NCBI GenBank assembly: GCA_001786765.1
Contig: MFTH01000015.1
Location: 1,548 to 65,547, forward strand
DNA: 64,000 nt
Origin: Candidatus Nomurabacteria bacterium RIFCSPHIGHO2_01_FULL_37_25
GTDB taxonomy: Bacteria; Patescibacteriota; Minisyncoccia; Phycocordibacterales; UBA9973
Direction of reading: 5' to 3'
Below are positions 10,006 through 19,430 of the stretch, in pieces (within the stretch, counting starts at the first letter, position 1; the number at the start of each line of letters is the position of its first letter). The notes beneath the pieces were generated by a model that was given only the letters and a program-made list of their open reading frames with translations, ran no database searches and was not told where the DNA came from. Both the position numbers and the translations under genes were made by a program.

Positions 10006-10372
10006 GAAAAACACAAAAGAAATAATTAATATAAAAATAATAGACGCGCAAGGAAGAACTTTAGGCAGAGTGGCTTCAGAAATTGCGATGTCTTTAATGG
10101 GCAAGACCAAAGCTTCTTTTGAGCGTAATAAATATTCTGGCATACCCGTAAAAGTTATCAACGCGACGAAACTTCGTATTACTGCAAAAAAGTTAGAATC
10201 CATTTATCACACTAGATATTCAGGGATTCCGGGAGGATTGCGTATTACAAAAGGCACGGAAACCGTCCTCACAAAAGGATTCAAAGAATTAATCAGACTC
10301 GCAACATATCAAATGCTTCCGGCAAATAAATTGCGAAGAAAAATGATGAAAAATTTAACAATAACAGATTAA
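10004..10372 (+). CDS. rplM: 50S ribosomal protein L13
   Basis: IDAQGRTLGRVAS, YSGIPGGL, MLPANKL. Confidence 0.95.
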   Translation: MKNTKEIINIKIIDAQGRTLGRVASEIAMSLMGKTKASFERNKYSGIPVKVINATKLRITAKKLESIYHTRYSGIPGGLRITKGTETVLTKGFKELIRLATYQMLPANKLRRKMMKNLTITD

Positions 10373-10376
10373 GTAT

Positions 10377-10850
10377 ATGCCAGAAGAATTAATTGAAAAA
10401 TCAAAACCTGCCCGCAATGCTTCGCATAGCGATACAGGCGGGGATAAATATATTGAAGCCGTAGGAAGACGAAAAACTTCGACTGCCAGAGTGCGTATTA
10501 CAAAATCCGCAAAAGCCAGTTTTTTAGTAAATGGTATTGATAGTAAAGAATATTTCAAAACAGAAGGAGAACGTCGTTTAATTTTAGATCCAATAATAAA
10601 GGGATTGAAGGGGGAACAAGGAAAGGCGAGTTTAAAATGGAATGTGGAAGTGCATGTTTCGGGTGGGGGAGTTCATTCTCAATCTGAAGCAATACGACAC
10701 GGACTTGCTCGCGCTCTTTCCGTATTTGACCCAGAGACTCGCGGAAATTTAAAAGATTTAGGATACTTAAAACGCGATCCGAGAGCCAAAGAACGTAGAA
10801 AATTCGGTCTTAAAAAAGCTCGCAAAGCTCCTCAGTGGAGCAAACGCTAA
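10377..10850 (+). CDS. rpsI: 30S ribosomal protein S9 with a 36-bp in-frame palindromic insert
   Basis: GRRKTSTARV, GGGVHSQSEAIRHG, RDPRAKERRKFGLKKARKAPQWSKR. Confidence 0.98.
   Translation: MPEELIEKSKPARNASHSDTGGDKYIEAVGRRKTSTARVRITKSAKASFLVNGIDSKEYFKTEGERRLILDPIIKGLKGEQGKASLKWNVEVHVSGGGVHSQSEAIRHGLARALSVFDPETRGNLKDLGYLKRDPRAKERRKFGLKKARKAPQWSKR
10407..10442. repeat. 36-bp in-frame palindromic element (PARNASHSDTGG)
   Basis: 33/36 identical to 40837-40872 in scpB. Confidence 0.9.
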
Positions 10851-11018
10851 CTGCTTAGCGTTTGCTGAGGTTCGCAATGAAAGCGAAATTGCCGATGTGA
10901 GCGTAGCGAACAGGCAATAACGGGACAACCGTTGATTTATTGCTATGTGTTAAGTGTCAAAATAATTAATAAAATATTAGCCCTTTCCGGAGGGGATTTT
11001 TTGTGCTAAAATAGACGC

Positions 11019-11597
11019 ATGAACGATGAAGAAGAAAAACCAAAGGAAACCGATTCTGAAGTTCTTGAATTTGAATTCAACGAAGATGGAGAGGAGGATT
11101 TGAAGAAAACTCTAAAGAAATTGAGAGAGGATTTGAAAGTGGCCAAAAAAGAGAAAGAAGAATATCTGACTGGCTGGCAAAAAGAACGGGCGGAATTTGT
11201 TAACTACAAAAAAGGGGAAGATGATAGAAAAGCCATGTTTTCAGAATCAATGCGTGAACGAATATTGACTAGATTTCTTACGGTAGTGGATAGTTTTAAT
11301 ATGGCCTTCGCCAATCGTGAGACTTGGGACAAAGTAGATGAAAACTGGAGAAAAGGCGTAGAATATATTTATGGACAGATGAATACAATTTTTGAAGAAT
11401 ACGGAGTGAAACCAATAGGCGAACTAGGAGAAGTTTTTAATCCAAATATTCATCAACCGATAGAAATGACACCAACAGAAAAAAAAGAGCAAGACTATAC
11501 GGTCTCCAATGTTATTCAAAAAGGATATAAATTAGGTGAGCGTGTTATGCGCCCTGCTCAAGTAAATGTTTATGAGTATAAAAAAGCAGAGAATTAA
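11019..11597 (+). CDS. grpE: Nucleotide exchange factor GrpE
   Basis: AEFVNYKK, FNPNIH, QKGYKLGERVMRPAQV. Confidence 0.95.
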   Translation: MNDEEEKPKETDSEVLEFEFNEDGEEDLKKTLKKLREDLKVAKKEKEEYLTGWQKERAEFVNYKKGEDDRKAMFSESMRERILTRFLTVVDSFNMAFANRETWDKVDENWRKGVEYIYGQMNTIFEEYGVKPIGELGEVFNPNIHQPIEMTPTEKKEQDYTVSNVIQKGYKLGERVMRPAQVNVYEYKKAEN

Positions 11598-11603
11598 AAG
11601 TTG

Positions 11604-12158
11604 TCACTTTCCAAAAGTCTCAAATAAAGATTTTTTTGTTTCTTCATCTACAAATTGAGTGACAATAATCATCATTTCTGTTGTTAAACCCAAATCTCTT
11701 TTTATATTTGTAAATAAATGTTCAAACGGAAAAGGGGAAATCCAAGCAGAATTTTTCAAACAAACAAAGCCAGCTTTTTTAAGAAGATAGCGTAGAGACT
11801 CACGTTCACTTTTTCTCGGCTCTGGCAGATCGAGTAAAATAATTCTCCAAAATCCATCCCATGAAGTATTTACTAGAGTCGTGTCGCTACCCAATTTCAA
11901 GCTATGCATTTTTCTCTTACCATCTTTTGTCAAACGCACAAATTCATTATGCGGAGATGGTATTTGTTCAATCAAACCAGCACCCTTAAGTCCCTTTAAA
12001 GAGCGCGTAATAGCATAATTATCACGAGACAATGCTTTAGACGTTACCTTAGCATCTAAAGCATTGTCTCGAATTTCAGATAGAGATATAGCATTTTTTT
12101 GCCCCAATATTCGTAATATTTTATTAGAATACTGAGTTTTTTGGTTTTTACTTGACAT
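11604..12158 (-). CDS. PaaX-like transcriptional regulator (wHTH plus Cas2-like domain)
   Basis: N-terminal wHTH ending LTKDG; WDGFWRIILLDLPE, LKKAGF and NSAWISP are typical of the PaaX central domain. Confidence 0.75.
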   Translation of the reverse strand: MSSKNQKTQYSNKILRILGQKNAISLSEIRDNALDAKVTSKALSRDNYAITRSLKGLKGAGLIEQIPSPHNEFVRLTKDGKRKMHSLKLGSDTTLVNTSWDGFWRIILLDLPEPRKSERESLRYLLKKAGFVCLKNSAWISPFPFEHLFTNIKRDLGLTTEMMIIVTQFVDEETKKSLFETFGK

Positions 12159-12183
12159 ACCTATATATTATAATATATACTGC

Positions 12184-12225
12184 TTTTTAGCAAATATTTC
12201 GTGATTACTAAATACTTGCTAAAAA
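12184..12225. promoter_or_regulatory. Inverted-repeat candidate operator between the PaaX-like gene and dnaK
   Basis: TTTTTAGCAAATATTT-N10-AAATACTTGCTAAAAA (16-bp arms, one mismatch). Confidence 0.6.
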
Positions 12226-12302
12226 TAAATTATTACTATATAATGGCTTTAATTAATTATTAACCCCAATTATCGGATTGGGATTTAAAATATAAAAATA
12301 TT

Positions 12303-14204
12303 ATGAGTAAAATAATAGGTATAGATTTGGGTACAACAAATTCAGCTGTGGCGGTGATTGAAGGAGGAGTGCCAAAAATTATTGAAAATATCGAAGGCAA
12401 TCGCACTACGCCTTCTGTAGTGGCGACTGCAAAAAATGGTGATCGTGTTGTTGGACTTTTGGCGCGAAGACAAGCTATTACAAATCCAGAAAATACAATT
12501 GCGGAAATCAAGCGTTTTATGGGGCATCGTTTTGATGATGGGGAGGTGCAGAAAGATCGTACTTCAACGTCATTTAAAATTGAAGCTAGCGATGGAGGAG
12601 GAGTGAAAATCAAAATGACAGATAAATTTTACCGACCGGAAGAAATTTCTGCGATGATTTTACAAAAAATAAAAACAGACGTTGAGGCAAAGCTGGGTGA
12701 AAAAATCACTGAAGCTGTCATCACCGTGCCTGCGTATTTTAACGATGCGCAAAGAAAGGCAACCAAAGACGCTGGAGCTATCGCGGGACTAGATGTTAAA
12801 AGAATAATCAATGAACCTACCGCGGCCGCGCTTGCTTATGGTTTTGATAAAAAGAAAAATGAAAAAATAGTGGTCTATGATTTCGGTGGAGGAACTTTTG
12901 ATGTGTCTGTCTTAGAGATAGGCGGGGATGTGATAGAAGTAAAGTCTATTGATGGAGACAGTCATATGGGTGGAGGTGATATTGATAGAAAAATAGTTAG
13001 ATGGATTTCTGACGAATATAAAAAGGAATCTGGCATTGATGTAACTAGAGACCCACTGGCGCATCAAAGATTACGAGAAGCGGCTGAAAAAGCAAAGCAT
13101 GAACTTTCTACGACGATCGAAGCGGAAATAAATATTCCTTTTATAACTTCGGACGCTACCGGACCAAAGCATTTACTTATGAAAATGTCTCGCGCTACTC
13201 TAGAGTCGCTTACGAAAGATTTGATTGATCGTTCTATTGAAATAACTAAAAGAGCGCTAGATGCTTCACCCTTCAAGATAAATGAAATAAATGAAATCAT
13301 TATGGTGGGTGGGCAGACTCGAATGCCTAAGATTGTGGAAGCTGTTAAAAATCTTTTTGGCAAAGAACCAAATATGTCTATCAACCCTGATGAAGTGGTA
13401 GCGCTCGGCGCCGCAGTTCAGGCAGGTGTGCTCGCTGGAGATGTGCGTGATGTGCTTTTGCTCGATGTCATACCACTTTCTTTGGGCATTGAGACACTTG
13501 GAGGGGTGGCTACAAAATTAATTGAAAGAAATACGACTATTCCATCAAATAAATCTCAAGTATTTTCCACAGCGGCTGATAATCAAACTTCTGTGGAAAT
13601 TCATATTGTCCAAGGGGAGCGTCCTATGGCATCCGACAACAGATCCTTAGGCCGATTTATCTTAGACGGAGTTCCGCCAGCTCCTAGAGGCATGCCTCAG
13701 ATTGAAGTGTCTTTTGATGTTGATGCAAATGGAATTTTGAATGTTACAGCTAAAGACAAGGCTTCTGGTAAAACTCAATCAATTAAAATAGAAGCGAGTT
13801 CTGGATTAAAAGACGAAGAAATTAAAAAAATGCAAAAAGATGCAGAACTTAACGCTACCGAAGATAAAAAAAAGAAAGAAGTTGTTGATATAAAAAATAC
13901 CGCGGAGATGATTATTTATACCGCTGAAAAAGCATTGAAGGATAATGAAACAAAAATTCCTGCTGAATTAAAAGACAGCGTCAATGCTAAAATTACTGCG
14001 CTAAAAACTGTAAAAGATGGAACTGATGGAGAAGCAATTAAAAAAGCTACAGAAGAACTATCTGCCGAAATGTCAAAAATAGGAGAAGCGATGGCAAAAG
14101 CCGGAACTCCTCCTCCATCTGGAGCTCCAGAAGAGCAAAATCCTGAAGTAAAAGACGCGGAATTTAAAGAGAAGAAAGAAGGAGAAGAAGAAACGCCAAA
14201 ATAA
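12303..14204 (+). CDS. dnaK: Chaperone DnaK
   Basis: [32 protein letters not shown]. Confidence 0.99.
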   Translation: MSKIIGIDLGTTNSAVAVIEGGVPKIIENIEGNRTTPSVVATAKNGDRVVGLLARRQAITNPENTIAEIKRFMGHRFDDGEVQKDRTSTSFKIEASDGGGVKIKMTDKFYRPEEISAMILQKIKTDVEAKLGEKITEAVITVPAYFNDAQRKATKDAGAIAGLDVKRIINEPTAAALAYGFDKKKNEKIVVYDFGGGTFDVSVLEIGGDVIEVKSIDGDSHMGGGDIDRKIVRWISDEYKKESGIDVTRDPLAHQRLREAAEKAKHELSTTIEAEINIPFITSDATGPKHLLMKMSRATLESLTKDLIDRSIEITKRALDASPFKINEINEIIMVGGQTRMPKIVEAVKNLFGKEPNMSINPDEVVALGAAVQAGVLAGDVRDVLLLDVIPLSLGIETLGGVATKLIERNTTIPSNKSQVFSTAADNQTSVEIHIVQGERPMASDNRSLGRFILDGVPPAPRGMPQIEVSFDVDANGILNVTAKDKASGKTQSIKIEASSGLKDEEIKKMQKDAELNATEDKKKKEVVDIKNTAEMIIYTAEKALKDNETKIPAELKDSVNAKITALKTVKDGTDGEAIKKATEELSAEMSKIGEAMAKAGTPPPSGAPEEQNPEVKDAEFKEKKEGEEETPK

Positions 14205-14221
14205 TAATTGTCTACATATAA

Positions 14222-14254
14222 ACTAGAAAGCACCAGAGAGCAGTGCTTTCTAGT
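14222..14254. terminator. Hairpin after dnaK, probably bidirectional
   Basis: ACTAGAAAGCAC/GTGCTTTCTAGT perfect 12-bp stem. Confidence 0.7.
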
Positions 14255-14260
14255 GCTTGG

Positions 14261-14338
14261 TCATAATCCGGAGACCCGGATTATGCCAATAATTAAAATT
14301 GACACTGTGATTATCGCTAACCAATATAATGCTGGCAT
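14261..14338 (-). CDS. 25-aa hydrophobic peptide, type I toxin-like (absent from the ORF track)
   Basis: MPALYWLAIITVSILIIGIIRVSGL*, preceded by SD GGAGGTG and extended -10 TGCTATACT. Confidence 0.55.
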   Translation of the reverse strand: MPALYWLAIITVSILIIGIIRVSGL

Positions 14339-14424
14339 AATCACCTCCAGTTGGAGTATAGCACAATATGGTTAACTGTACATGCTCTTGACACAGGTGA
14401 TACACTTTTGATACACTATCTTAT

Positions 14425-14646
14425 ATGACCACAATTAAAAAAAGAATAAATATTTCGTTATCACCAAGCTTAAATATAATGCTCTCTCGCATTGCAAAAC
14501 GTGATAATATTCCTCAAGCCACAAAAGCTATCCATCTTCTTGAGATGGCTCTTGAAATAGAAGAGGATTTTGTTTTTGATAAAATTGCGCGTGAGCGTGA
14601 TACAAAAAACGCTCGTTTTTTAGATCACAAACAAGTCTGGGCGTAA
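14425..14646 (+). CDS. Putative ribbon-helix-helix antitoxin
   Basis: KKRINISL beta-strand plus helices; immediately upstream of a RelE-like gene. Confidence 0.7.
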   Translation: MTTIKKRINISLSPSLNIMLSRIAKRDNIPQATKAIHLLEMALEIEEDFVFDKIARERDTKNARFLDHKQVWA

Positions 14647-14649
14647 AAT

Positions 14650-14928
14650 ATGAGTTATAAAATATTATACGTAGATAAGGTTGTAAAAGATGATATTCCT
14701 AAAATATCAGGTTTATATAAGAGTCGTATTAAGCAAGCTATTGAAACAAGATTGGTTACTACGCCGGATTTATATGGAAAACCGCTACGAAAATCACTAA
14801 AGGGTTATTTGAAACTAAGGGTTGGTGATTACAGAATAATTTTTAGAATAGAAAATTTAAGGGTAAAAATTTTTGCAATTGCGCACCGCAAAATAGTTTA
14901 TGGAATTATTAGCGGAAGAATTTACTAG
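14650..14928 (+). CDS. RelE/ParE-family toxin
   Basis: GKPLRKSLKGYLKLRVGDYRIIF and IAHRK. Confidence 0.85.
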   Translation: MSYKILYVDKVVKDDIPKISGLYKSRIKQAIETRLVTTPDLYGKPLRKSLKGYLKLRVGDYRIIFRIENLRVKIFAIAHRKIVYGIISGRIY

Positions 14929-14960
14929 ATTTTAATACTAAAATCACGTATAATTTAAGG

Positions 14961-16970
14961 ATGGATCTACCTGAAATACCCATAAATAAAGAGATTACAT
15001 ATCTTGGGCTCACCACTTATCGGGATAAGAATCAGCTTTTTGGTATCAAGCGTAAAGACAGACGTCAGCATGTTTATATTCTCGGAAAGTCTGGTACCGG
15101 TAAATCAGCATTGATGTTTAATATGATCATCCAGAACATCCAAAATGGCGACGGAGTTTGTATGGTTGATCCCCATGGAGAAAATGTCGAAGCAGTTCTC
15201 TCTGCTATTCCGCCACATCGAATGAAAGACGTAATTTATTTTAACCCAGCCGACGCAGATCATCATATTGGATTTAATGTCTTAGAACTTATTGACCCGC
15301 AATACAAACATTTAGTGGCTTCGGGACTAATGGGTATTTTCACTAAAATTTGGGCGAATGCGTGGAGCGCCCGAATGGAATATATTTTAAATAATTGTAT
15401 TTTGGCATTACTTGATACTCCGGGAACGACGCTCCTCGGAATCCCTCGTATGTTAGTGGACAAGGATTATCGTCAAAAAATAATTTCAAATTTAAAAGAT
15501 CCGGTGATTAAAGCTTTTTGGGTGCACGAGTATGAAGCTTGGCAGGATAAATTTAGAAATGAAGCTATTGCGCCGATCCAAAATAAAGTCGGACAATTCC
15601 TTTCCACTTCTATTATTCGAAATGTCGTTGGTCAATCCAAAAGTACTATAAATATTTTTGATATGATGAATGACGGAAAGATTTTTCTGGTGAATGTTTC
15701 AAAAGGACGCATTGGTGAAGACAATTCATCTTTGCTTGGTGGAATGATTATTACCAAAATCCAGCTTGCCGCTATGGAGCGTGTGCGTATCCCGGAAGAA
15801 TCTCGCAAAGATTTTTATCTTTATGTGGATGAATTTCAAAATTTTGTGACTGACGCTTTTGCCGGTATTTTATCTGAAGCTAGAAAATATAGATTAAATT
15901 TAACCGTTGCTCATCAATACACCGCTCAACTTATTTCAGACAAAAGTTCAGCGGTGCGGGACGCTGTTTTTGGCAACGTCGGCACAATGATAGTTTTTAG
16001 AGTTGGATCTGATGATGCAGAATTTTTAGAAAAAGAATTTGATCCAGAATTTACTCCGCAAGATATAGTGAATTTACCTAACTACAAGGTTTATTTAAAA
16101 TTAATGATAGATGGTGTGACCTCTCGTCCTTTTTCGGCGAAAACCTTACCGCCTTTGATAAAGTCAGGCGATCAAAAAATCGAAGCAGAAGTAATCAGGA
16201 CATCTCGCGAACTCTATTGCCGTCCCAAAGAAGTAGTGGAAAAAGAAATAAATGACTGGAGCGGAATGTCGCTAGGCAATGATAATGAGCATGGAAATGG
16301 AAATATGGAAAAATTTCCAGTGATATGTTCATTTTGCAAGAAAGAAACTACAGTGCCTTTCAAGCCGGAAAAAGGAAGGCCAGTTTATTGTAAAGACTGC
16401 ATAGCTAGAATAAAGTCCGGTGAGATAAAAGTAGAGAAAAGTTCGGAGAATCAAATTAAATATGATGAAACAAAATTTTTTAAACCGCTGGCTGATCTAG
16501 GCATAGAGTTTCAGCCAAAAAGTGAGCCTCTGCAGGCAAAAAAAATCCAAGAAGAAAGATATCCAGAGAGAGTTGATAAACATCAGATAGAGAAACCTCC
16601 TTCCGCCCTGCCTGTCCAAAAGGCGACTTTGGGCAAATCTGGAATATTGGGAACTATTAAAAAAGTTTTTAGTAAAAACAATACGACCTCAACAAAACCC
16701 GTCAAAGAAAATATTGCGTTAAGGGAAGTTTTAAATAAAATAAATGAACCGGTTTCACTCGACACACTAAAAAATAAAACTAAAAAAACTGCGCCCACAA
16801 AAGACCGCTCTGCTAGTCCTGAAGATATGAATAAATTAAAAGATTTGATTTTAGAAAAGACTGAAAAAACTAAAGAAACAGAAGTCAAAAAAGAAGAAAC
16901 AACTCCACCCGCTACTTCTAAAACTAAAGAAGTGCCAGAAGATGTTCTAAGAAAAATTTTAGAATCATAA
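14961..16970 (+). CDS. VirD4/TrwB/HerA-like ATPase with a C-terminal CxxC-x17-CxxC zinc domain
   Basis: Walker A GKSGTGKS, DPHG, Walker B YVDEFQNF, SEARKY, CSFC and CKDC. Confidence 0.85.
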   Translation: MDLPEIPINKEITYLGLTTYRDKNQLFGIKRKDRRQHVYILGKSGTGKSALMFNMIIQNIQNGDGVCMVDPHGENVEAVLSAIPPHRMKDVIYFNPADADHHIGFNVLELIDPQYKHLVASGLMGIFTKIWANAWSARMEYILNNCILALLDTPGTTLLGIPRMLVDKDYRQKIISNLKDPVIKAFWVHEYEAWQDKFRNEAIAPIQNKVGQFLSTSIIRNVVGQSKSTINIFDMMNDGKIFLVNVSKGRIGEDNSSLLGGMIITKIQLAAMERVRIPEESRKDFYLYVDEFQNFVTDAFAGILSEARKYRLNLTVAHQYTAQLISDKSSAVRDAVFGNVGTMIVFRVGSDDAEFLEKEFDPEFTPQDIVNLPNYKVYLKLMIDGVTSRPFSAKTLPPLIKSGDQKIEAEVIRTSRELYCRPKEVVEKEINDWSGMSLGNDNEHGNGNMEKFPVICSFCKKETTVPFKPEKGRPVYCKDCIARIKSGEIKVEKSSENQIKYDETKFFKPLADLGIEFQPKSEPLQAKKIQEERYPERVDKHQIEKPPSALPVQKATLGKSGILGTIKKVFSKNNTTSTKPVKENIALREVLNKINEPVSLDTLKNKTKKTAPTKDRSASPEDMNKLKDLILEKTEKTKETEVKKEETTPPATSKTKEVPEDVLRKILES

Positions 16971-16971
16971 A

Positions 16972-17316
16972 ATGCGAATAAAAATAATAGATAAAAAAAT
17001 ATCAAAAGACGAACTTCAAGAAATTGCAAAGGAATTTTATGTTGTGATGATAAAAGGTGTTGTGGATGTCGAGCGTGACATTTTAGCCGTGGGTGGAGAA
17101 TACCACATGGATGCAAATAATGTTCTTATTGAAAATAATTCCAAACAGCAAAATATTTGGGGTTTTAACTGGTATTTAGATAAGTCCACAGAGGAATCTA
17201 TTGAATATGTTTCACTTATAAATATTCGTCCAGCGCAAGGCAATAGAGTAATGGAGGTACAAGATTCGTCTTTGCGTGATAAAATGAAATCCATAATATT
17301 AAAATATTTATCATGA
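16972..17316 (+). CDS. Conserved hypothetical protein (DUF5674-like)
   Basis: KGVVDV, GGEYHMDA, IWGFN, SLINIRP. Confidence 0.6.
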   Translation: MRIKIIDKKISKDELQEIAKEFYVVMIKGVVDVERDILAVGGEYHMDANNVLIENNSKQQNIWGFNWYLDKSTEESIEYVSLINIRPAQGNRVMEVQDSSLRDKMKSIILKYLS

Positions 17317-17603
17317 ACACAACTAGAACACCTTTATTTTATATGGCTAATTTAGGAAGTGAAATGTCACGCGCCGTTTTGGCGTATCAAAAAGCAGATT
17401 TTACAAGTATGAACGATTCAATAATTCGCGCGAAAAATATAATTGAAAAAATCAAAGAATTTCCAGAAATGAAAGGAAGGACAAATGAACTAGAAATTTT
17501 AGAATCTATAGTGGAAAATATGAGACAAAAAAAATTCGAGATGGATAAAAATCAACTTCTAGATTATTTTTCTCCATTTGCCACTAGACTTATGTCTATC
17601 TAA
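17313..17603 (+). CDS. Hypothetical helical protein
   Basis: ATGA overlap with the upstream gene; MANLGSEMSRA. Confidence 0.6.
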   Translation: MNTTRTPLFYMANLGSEMSRAVLAYQKADFTSMNDSIIRAKNIIEKIKEFPEMKGRTNELEILESIVENMRQKKFEMDKNQLLDYFSPFATRLMSI

Positions 17604-17624
17604 ATATTTAATATTCATTAAATT

Positions 17625-19406
17625 ATGGTGTATGAAAATAAAAAGAAAATATGTCAAAACTGTAAACAAGAATTCACCATAGAACCAGAGGATTTTAATT
17701 TCTATGAAAAAATAAAAGTGCCAGAGCCAACTTTTTGCCCGGAATGTAGAATGATTCGTCGGATGACTTGGCGCAATGAACGTTCGCTTTTCAAACGACC
17801 TTGCGATAAAACTGGAAAACAAATCATTAGCATGTTTCACCCCGAAGCTAAGGTTGTAGTCTATGATCATGACATTTGGTGGTCTGACCAATGGGAGCCG
17901 ACTGATTACGGTAAAGATTACAACTTTAACCGTCCATTTTTTGAGCAATTTAAAGAACTGCTTTCTCAAGTTCCATTAGCCAATCTAGGAAATTCAAACA
18001 GTGTTGGCAGTCCTTATGGCAATCATAACGCAGATTGCAAAGACTGTTACTTATTATATGCCTCATTCGGAAGCGAGCGAACGCATTATTCTTATGGAGC
18101 AGTTCATTTGAAGGATTGCATGGATATGTATACTTGCCTTGATTCTGAATTGTGTTACGAAGACATTGTGAGCGCTGATTTATATAAAACTCATTTTTCT
18201 TATGATGCGGATGAATCCCTCAATTGCTTCTTTCTGAAATATTCCAAAAATATGCAAGACAGCATCGGCTGTATAAATTTAAGAAATAAAAAACGGTGTA
18301 TTTTAAATGTAGAATATTCGAAAGAAGAATATGAAAAAAGAAAAAAAGAATTAGATTTTGGTAGTTACCGTACACTATCTCAATTTGAAAATACTTTTCA
18401 TCAATTCGTCTTAAATTTTCCTTATAGATACGCGCACACAATGAAATCTCTAAATGTTACAGGGGATAATATTATAAATTCTAAAAATGCAAAAAACTGT
18501 TTTGATCTTTATGGAGGAGCTGAAGATGTGAAGTATGTAACTCATTTCGTAGAGGGAAAAGATAGCTATGATTTATACGGAGGGGGAGCAGGAGCATCTC
18601 TTATGTATGAAGGAGTTGACGTTGGAATACAAGCGTCTAAAGAATTATTTGCTGTATTTACTCATGGTTGCCTTGAAACTTATTATACTTACATGTGTTA
18701 CAGTTCTAAAAATCTTTTTGGATGCATCGGTATGCGTGGCAAGCAATACTGTATTTTAAATAAACAATATACTAAAGAAGAATATTTTAAACTTGTGCCG
18801 AAAATTATTGAACAAATGAATACCGTGCCGTATTTTGATAAAAAAGGAATAACTTATAAATATGGGGAATTTTTCCCCAGTGAATTATCTCCTTTTACTT
18901 ATAATGAAACTATTGCCCAAGAGTATTTTCCAAAAGAAAAAGAAGAAATTATTAGAAACGGATACAGCTACAGAGCATCGCTAGAAAAAGATTACCAAAC
19001 GACCATCGAAAGTGATGACTTGCCGGATCATATAAAAGATGTTTCAGAAGCAATCACAGAGGAGGTAATCGCTTGTCCTAATAACGGTAGTGTTCTGACT
19101 CAATGCGCTAAAGCTTATCGCATTATCAAATCGGAATTGGATTTTTTAAAAAACAACAATATAGCTTTGCCTCGATATTGTCCAAATTGTCGTCATTACA
19201 AGAGACTGAAACAAAGAAATCCATTTAAACTCTGGCATGCTAAATGCCAGTGTTTCGGGTCTAATTATAAAAATGAAAAATATAAAAATACGGTAGAGCA
19301 TATTCACGGAGATGAACCCTGTCCAAACGAATTTGAAACAAGTTATGCTCCAGACCGACCAGAAATTATTTATTGTGAGAAATGTTATCAGCAAGAAGTT
19401 TACTAA
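17625..19406 (+). CDS. Cys-rich protein with several CxxC zinc ribbons and a beta-solenoid-like middle
   Basis: CQNC, CPEC, CPNC, CEKC; repeated FGCIG/IGCIN-type motifs. Confidence 0.75.
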   Translation: MVYENKKKICQNCKQEFTIEPEDFNFYEKIKVPEPTFCPECRMIRRMTWRNERSLFKRPCDKTGKQIISMFHPEAKVVVYDHDIWWSDQWEPTDYGKDYNFNRPFFEQFKELLSQVPLANLGNSNSVGSPYGNHNADCKDCYLLYASFGSERTHYSYGAVHLKDCMDMYTCLDSELCYEDIVSADLYKTHFSYDADESLNCFFLKYSKNMQDSIGCINLRNKKRCILNVEYSKEEYEKRKKELDFGSYRTLSQFENTFHQFVLNFPYRYAHTMKSLNVTGDNIINSKNAKNCFDLYGGAEDVKYVTHFVEGKDSYDLYGGGAGASLMYEGVDVGIQASKELFAVFTHGCLETYYTYMCYSSKNLFGCIGMRGKQYCILNKQYTKEEYFKLVPKIIEQMNTVPYFDKKGITYKYGEFFPSELSPFTYNETIAQEYFPKEKEEIIRNGYSYRASLEKDYQTTIESDDLPDHIKDVSEAITEEVIACPNNGSVLTQCAKAYRIIKSELDFLKNNNIALPRYCPNCRHYKRLKQRNPFKLWHAKCQCFGSNYKNEKYKNTVEHIHGDEPCPNEFETSYAPDRPEIIYCEKCYQQEVY

Positions 19407-19430
19407 ATTTTATGTTAAAATAATTTCTAT

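Noticed and set aside
11604-12158. CRISPR-associated Cas2 / CRISPR locus
   Set aside because: The Cas2-like segment is fused to a wHTH as in PaaX-type regulators. No cas1 and no regularly spaced repeat-spacer array were seen in the window.
19400-19425. TTATGTTAAA as the XerD arm of a dif site (also near 27844)
   Set aside because: No XerC arm. Both lie just before an ATG and fit the extended -10 TGnTAAAAT pattern.
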